A stretch of 64,000 bases of DNA from Macrostomum hystrix. Taxonomy: Eukaryota; Animalia; Platyhelminthes. The notes beneath the pieces were generated by a model. That model was not told where the DNA came from. It did not search any database and worked only from the letters and a program-made list of their open reading frames with translations. Of this stretch, positions 58,801-64,000 are shown one piece after another. The DNA lies in the NCBI GenBank assembly GCA_950097015.1, contig CATNEN010000039.1:7874001-7938000 (forward strand). Reading direction: 5' to 3'. Each line of letters starts with the position of its first letter. Within the stretch, counting starts at the first letter, position 1. The position numbers and the translations under genes were made by a program.

Positions 58801-61800
58801 GGCATTTTCATTCATTTCATTCATTCATTTTCACCTGTTTTCATTGCAACAGTCATTAATTATCTTTCCTTTCGCACCTCTGTTCTACAGGTAACTGACG
58901 GGACCACAACGCCAGTCTCCAAGATGTTCACCCTTAGTGTAACTGAAGCCAACGACAACAGCCCAGTGATTAATCCCACGAATTTGGGCGTCAGCCAATT
59001 GGAAACAGTTACGGCGGACACCCTGCTCACCACAATCAGTGTTACGGATGCTGATCCAGTGGATACCAACTTTACTATCTATGTCGACCCGGCTACGGAT
59101 CCATATAATAACTTAAAGGTACATATAACTTAAAGGTCAATAAAATAATATTTTCCGGCCCTAAACAATGCGCCCACAGGTGTGTGCATCTGCCCTGAAT
59201 TGTTCGTACTGTCTCTCTCACTGTGCCTTGGGGAATGACCCTGATGGGCGATAGGCGCAAAGCAAGCCCCCAAGTTAATTTGGCATCTCCATGGCCTCAG
59301 CCCCTATTTAGTGAGGGGCTTCTAATTTTTGCGACTAAAAAAGTGATCTATAAAATCCCGCCAGATCGTTAAGCTATCGGCCAGCACAGCTCAAGTGCTA
59401 ATTTGGAATCCGCTGGATCGAGAAATTTGGAATCCGCTTAACACGGAGGACGCCGTGCGCGCCTACAGCATCCTGGCTTTGGACGGTCGCGGCAGGACTG
59501 GTACGGCCACCCTCACCCTCACCATCCGCGACGTGAACGATTCCCCGCCGCGGCTTCAGGAGCCGTACTCGCTGACGGTTCTGGATTCTGCCACAGCTGG
59601 CACCGTGCTGCTGCCCGACCAGATGTTTGCCACGGATCCGGACAAAAATGCAGCGAATGCCGCCTTCACTTATCAGGCACTGGGTGGCGCGACTTGGGCC
59701 AACTTCGAGCTGGGACGCGGCGTATCAGCCGGGCGTAGCTATTTTCGGCTCACTGCAAGGTGAGACGGCGATGATTTTTGAGACTGTATTGGCTAGGACG
59801 CTTTAAACGTGCAAGCCTTTCAGTTAACGTTTTTCGGAAATTTAGGATTGAAAAGTTTTCGGATTGAGACGTTTTCGAAGATTAGAGAATGATCAGGTTG
59901 AGAATTTCCAAGACAGAACTACGAGTATATTCAGATTTTGTATTTAGAATCACAAACAAAATTTATTTAAAAGGGTCTAGTTGGTTTGAGCACAGATTTA
60001 AAGGCATCAAACTTTAAACAGATCCGTCCTGAGTCGAGACTCCAGCCCCTACCTGCTGCCCGTGAGCATCAGCGATCCGGCTGGAGGTCCAGTCGGCACG
60101 GCCACTGTCACTGTCACCGTGGTGCCCAGCGCCGGGCCGACTGCTCTGACTGCTTCAACCGACGTTGTCATCTATTACAATGCCAGCCAGTTTAAGACAG
60201 GCGACTCGGTGAGCGCTTGCGTGCCCGGACCCTTGCATCCTGCCCTGTGCACGGGGATTTCAGCTTCTGACTGGAGGTCTTAGCACTGTCTTAAGTTCCT
60301 TAAGTTATGGTCCTTAAGGCCCTGAGTTCACCGGATACGCATGTTCCAAGTTCGTGTATTTGTGTGCTCACTGCTCAGGGGGTCAGTGGAATATGCGAAA
60401 ACTGCCTCCTTTTTGCAGTGTTCTTTATTTAATTCCATGAGTCAGCTTGCTTATAAGACAATTCCCGCCGCATTCCAGTTGGACATTGGACCGCCTCGCA
60501 TCGTCTCCAACAATGATGTCACCTGGGATCGGCGCACCTATCGCTGGGACAACTCTGCCGAATCTGGCGACTTTTTCACGCTAACGGACGTCAACAAGCG
60601 CATCTTATTGAAGGCTGGCACCGGACCTTCCAACTACACCCTGACAGCGACCGTCACCGAACCGTCCGGAGCGTCGGCTGTAAGCACTGAAGTGGTTCGA
60701 GTCTACTCAGTACCTCAGGACGCTTTGGAGTCCTCCACATCTGTGCTGATTGACGGCTTCAACGGCGCCGACTTTGTGCACTGGGCCATGCAGCCAATAA
60801 GAGCAGCGCTCGCCGCTCAGCTGGGCACTCTGCCAGACAAGGTGCTGCCTGTCAGTGTCACCGATGCCGCCTGGCTGCCCGGCAGGAAGGCTGCTCTAGC
60901 CTTCTTTGTGGCCTCGGGCTCGCCTTTCTACACCAGGGCCAAGATGGACTTCGCTATGCGAGCCGCCCTGCCTGGTCTGGGGTAAGGCAAGCCGAGGTCA
61001 CATTCAGGGAGTGGTACTGATAGGAATACCGCCACTTTCGAAGCAGTTTTCGTGTGAAAATTTTAGTGTCAGGCAGAGTAGTCATTGTAACACACTAAAA
61101 GTGGGGAACGAACCTCGCGCTGGCAGACCGAGACCGGTTTCTGGCTTGTTTGCCTTCGTCAGTCAGCCATAGCCACACGCCGTCCTCTACCACCACTCTC
61201 AGTGTGCACAGAAGTCTCTTTTATGCTTGCCATTTTTATGGCGATACTTTTTTAGTGCTATGTGAGAGTTTTGCAGCCAAGTCTTTGCTTTTCTACTGTT
61301 CGCAGTAGTCTGAATTGTGTCTCTCACAGTCATTCTATTCACCCCATGTACCTTATTCTGTTCTCAGCGCCACACTGTCTCCAATGGGTGCCACCGTGGT
61401 CGAAGCGCCTTACAATCCCTGTCGCCGGGTCTACGGCTGCCCTGCTGGCTGCAGTCACCGCCTATCAGTTAACGACACCGCCTGGCCGCCGCCAAGCATC
61501 CGCACCAACAGCAGCGGTTTGGTGGGCGTCAGTCTAACTAAGACGGCCGTCTGCGGCGACTGCAACTCGAATCCATCTTCGTCGACTGTCGCGGCCGCGC
61601 CTGTACAATGCGCTCCTGGCGTCTGCCGCAATAATGGCACCTGCATACCACAGGCATTTACGCAGAGCTACACCTGCCAGTGCTTGCCTGGTTTCGATGG
61701 ACCAAATTGTCAACGTTTGCAGGTGAAAATATGGAAAAATCTGCTTTTACCTAGATGACCAGAAACAGTATTGCCCTGTTAAATCAAATCCTTGCTACTC

Positions 61801-64000
61801 CCGACGTTTGGCTATTAAGATATTTAACTGTCGTTTATCGTGCAGGCAGGTAATGGTATTAGGCAACCTCTAGCTGGCGGCTTACTGTGACCTCTGGTTA
61901 GATGACGAGGCATTTGCCCACACGTAACCAAGCCTATGCAAACACCTTGCCCACCTACAGGTTGGCTTTAACTCCGCCACGGGCTACCTGATGACTGATC
62001 CTCTGGACTCCAGCTGCCTCTCTTTGAATATTAGCTTTAGCTTCCTAACCAGCAGCGCTGACGGCATCGTGCTCTATACCGGACCCTACGGTGCGCCAGC
62101 TAGCCCAACGCCCAGCCAGCGCGACTTTCTGAGCATCCACCTGGCTGCCGGCAAACTACGCGCTCGCATCGACCTTGGCTCCGGACCTGTCGATCTGATC
62201 ATCGGCGGTGGTAATCGTTTAGACGATTCTCGCTGGCATCGGGTTGATCTGACTGTTGCCCCACTGGCCGGTTCTACTGCATCAGCTGGAGCCTCCTCGG
62301 TGGCTCTAGTGGTTGACCAGTGCTCCGGAGCCGCTGTTGACCACGCGGCTTACATCAACGGCGGCACCTCGCCGACATTCACAAATATTTGCGCGGCTGA
62401 AGCTACCGTACCCGGTCTGGGTTTAGACACAGGCGACTGGCCAGTACAGGTTCGTTGCCCTTGTTCTGCAGATCCACCTCACTACTAAGCGTTTGACTTT
62501 AAATTCACGAGCTAGATGAGCTAGATTCTTAGACTTCCGAAATAAGTTGTTTGACACTGCCATTAACATTTCCATGGACTGAACAGCTGTAAAATTAGCT
62601 GAACATCTGGCCCAACTAGATTCGACTGGATTTCTTTTATCTGTCTTTATTTGATTCAAAATTATCTACTGAATTGATCTGTGGGATCCCTATCATTAGG
62701 CTTTTGTTTTTAAAACCCAATGCTTCTTTCTGATAGGCTGCCTTTGGAGACCGTCTCAATCCCTCACCTACGAGCGTATAAAGACTATGGGCTCGCTTGG
62801 AAGCCCACCCCCTTCATGTTTCCGCTTTTTACGCAAATTTCAAGGCCTACAAAATATCCAAAAATATGCCCTCAGATCGGCGGTCGCTATCAGGCTGAGT
62901 CGAGCAGTCAGTATCCAACCGGACTGCCCGCCCAGGGTGTGGTGGCCCAGCTGGCCCAGCTTCGTGTCGGCAATCGGCTCGTCGATCTAGTGGCCGACTC
63001 GCGTGCGCTTCACTCTGGCGCCATGTGGCTCTCGGCCTTAGTCGAATCCTCCTGCTTAGCTAGAGGTTGCGGCGCCAACGGTTTCTGCTGGGGTGCCATT
63101 GGCGCCTCCGCACCATTTCAATGCGACTGCCGGTCCGGCTGGGTGCAAAACTCCACTAGCGGCGCCTGCGACGTGCCGGCGCCCATCGTGCAGCTGGGCT
63201 CGAGCAGCTACATGTGGTGGCGACTGCAGGACACTTTCCTTTCCTGTGAGTCCAATTAAAATAATTTTAAGCCAATTTGGAGCACAAAATTTGCTACCTG
63301 TGTACTGAAAGTAGACTAGTTAGCGCATGTTTCACTAAAGCACTAGCCTTCCCACTACTTGCAGCCGCACCGAAGCAGTCTACCTGCCTGTCTGTACAGT
63401 TTCGCAGTCGGCAACCGAGCGGGGTGCTGCTCAGAGCCCAGGGCGCTGATCCCTACAGGCCTGCCGAGCTCACTCTGCGCCTTCGCGACAGTCGCCTAGT
63501 TGCCCAGCTCAACACCGGCGATTATGTCCTGCGCGAAGCCGTTCTTCCCAACTCCAACGTGTCGGACGGTGGACTGCATACCGTGCGCGTTTGCCGCAGC
63601 CTCCAGCTCATGATGGAGGTCATGCTGGACTCCGGCGAAGGCATCAACTATGCCTCGCTTTGGGGCAGCTTTGTCTACAACTACAATTATATCGACCTGG
63701 GCCCCAGTGTCATTGGCGGAGCATCCATTACCGTAGATACTACCGGAGCTGTGAGCGCCCTTTTTTATGATCTGACCTCATATTACTGCTCATTCACTAC
63801 CTTGAACCTGCGGCTTACCTTGCTTGATGATTCCAGGTGACAGTGCAGCCGCCGTTGGACAATCTGCAGTCCTCCTGCCTTGCTGCGCCACACCTGAATG
63901 TAGGCCTGCTGCCAGCCATGGCTTCTGCCAGCACAGCTGCAGCCAGCCTGTTCCGCAGCTCAGGTGCCTCGGTTGTCGGCCAGTGCGCCGACGCCCAAGT
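40831..64000 (+). CDS. Type III classical cadherin (DN-cadherin/CadN-like): ~15-16 EC repeats, NC region, EGF, LamG, EGF, LamG; 3' end beyond window
   Basis: Phase-consistent exons 40831-41031, 41117-41354, 46932-47266, 48057-48425, 49252-49493, 50052-50355, 50788-51265, 53178-53464, 53937-54551, 55225-55560, 56212-56711, 57420-57738, 58018-58344, 58891-59118, 59365-59759, 60022-60208, 60479-60981, 61368-61722, 61961-62449, 62876-63245, 63365-63750, 63837->64000. Signal peptide, furin site RHKR, LDYD/LDRE, DxNDNxP and AxDxD motifs. CadN-like DSGTC..C and QDQGTPSL..CTF..DVNDNPP.FD. EGF CRNNGTC..CQCLPGFDGPNC. LamG DFLSIHL..DLGSG..DDSRWHRV. Confidence 0.93.
41395..42547. repeat. 30-bp minisatellite (GGGGTAATGACTCACAGAAGGATCTGGCAT), ~38 copies, cadherin intron 2
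   Basis: Direct periodicity. Confidence 0.95.
43080..43752. repeat. 18-bp minisatellite (GGGATTCCCAATCACTGM), cadherin intron 2
   Basis: Direct periodicity. Confidence 0.95.
44881..45783. repeat. 14-bp minisatellite (CCTGACTGTCTCAY), ~64 copies, cadherin intron 2
   Basis: Direct periodicity with essentially one variable C/T position. Confidence 0.97.
46098..46372 (-). mobile_element. SINE family B copy, cadherin intron 2
   Basis: Reverse complement aligns by eye to 49653-49930 from head to CAGGTGTAATCAAT tail. Confidence 0.75.
46390..46775. repeat. Second block of the 30-bp family (GAGTAATGACCCACAGTAGGATCTGGAATT)
   Basis: Same unit family and orientation as 41395-42547. Confidence 0.9.
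47420..47755. repeat. 14-bp minisatellite (GGGATCTGGGTTAT), cadherin intron 3
   Basis: Direct periodicity, moderately degenerate. Confidence 0.9.
48456..49198. repeat. 14-bp near-perfect minisatellite (GATCCCAGATCCTT), ~52 copies, cadherin intron 4
   Basis: Uninterrupted until ~49160. Confidence 0.97.
49653..49932 (+). mobile_element. SINE family B copy, cadherin intron 5
   Basis: GGGGTTGTAGCC..GTGGTTAGAG (A box), GGTTTGATTCCC (B box), TTCACCCAGCTGTTAAATGGGT core, palindromic CAGTCCATGGACTG tail. Confidence 0.75.
50451..50688. repeat. 8-bp repeat (CTCTGAAY), cadherin intron 6, abutting a SINE-A head fragment (50687-50733, minus strand)
   Basis: Direct periodicity. Confidence 0.95.
51365..52477. 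repeat. 20-bp minisatellite (TCATTYCATCAGTTTGAATG), ~55 copies, cadherin intron 7
   Basis: Direct periodicity. Confidence 0.97.
53498..53902. repeat. 57-bp minisatellite, ~7 copies, filling cadherin intron 8
   Basis: CTCTGGATGTACATTCGCTCCTATACCAGCCCCTGCTCCCATAGACCCTCACTCAAG; the last two units are 55 bp. Confidence 0.95.
54577..55206. repeat. 21-bp minisatellite (CAAGCACTAATCCGTCTGTAH), ~30 copies, filling cadherin intron 9
   Basis: Direct periodicity. Confidence 0.95.
55655..56080. repeat. 21/24-bp minisatellite (CTGTTATCCCAWATCCCAG..), cadherin intron 10
   Basis: Direct periodicity. Explains the CYPKSQ tail of ORF 55231-56049. Confidence 0.9.
56855..57290. repeat. 32-bp minisatellite (GACAAAAGCCCATAGACAATAATAACAGTTGT), cadherin intron 11
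   Basis: Direct periodicity. Confidence 0.95.
58414..58805. repeat. 23-bp minisatellite (CATCTGACATCCTTCTTTCACGG), ~17 copies, cadherin intron 13
   Basis: Direct periodicity. Confidence 0.95.
59175..59275 (-). mobile_element. Degenerate SINE family A fragment, cadherin intron 14
   Basis: CACAGGTGTGTGCATCTGCCCTGA and CTGTGCCTTGG match 4276-4342. Confidence 0.55.

Overview
Eukaryotic (metazoan) genomic DNA with GC-rich exons, AT-rich spacers and minisatellite-filled introns. The style resembles a free-living flatworm such as Macrostomum, but this is an inference. Host genes: STPG1/MAPO2-like (2 exons, GC-AG intron); an intronless secreted PAN/Apple + LamG-like gene; an intronless divergent ARF-like GTPase; a 12-exon band 4.1/coracle-like FERM gene; a C/EBP-type bZIP gene whose first exon has no ATG; and a large type III (DN-cadherin-like) classical cadherin with 22 exons that runs off the window end. 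Mobile DNA: an apparently complete ~2.0 kb Crypton-type tyrosine-recombinase element with 25-bp inverted repeats and a 6-bp terminal direct repeat; an internally deleted CRE-clade retrotransposon; a decayed Merlin/ISXO2 transposase; two dispersed tRNA-headed SINE families; and a probable MITE. About 18 tandem-repeat arrays lie mostly inside introns. Several are built from splice-signal-like units or are complementary across an exon. Many long ORFs in the track are artefacts of these arrays. All exon models were derived by hand from GT/GC-AG sites and phase consistency.
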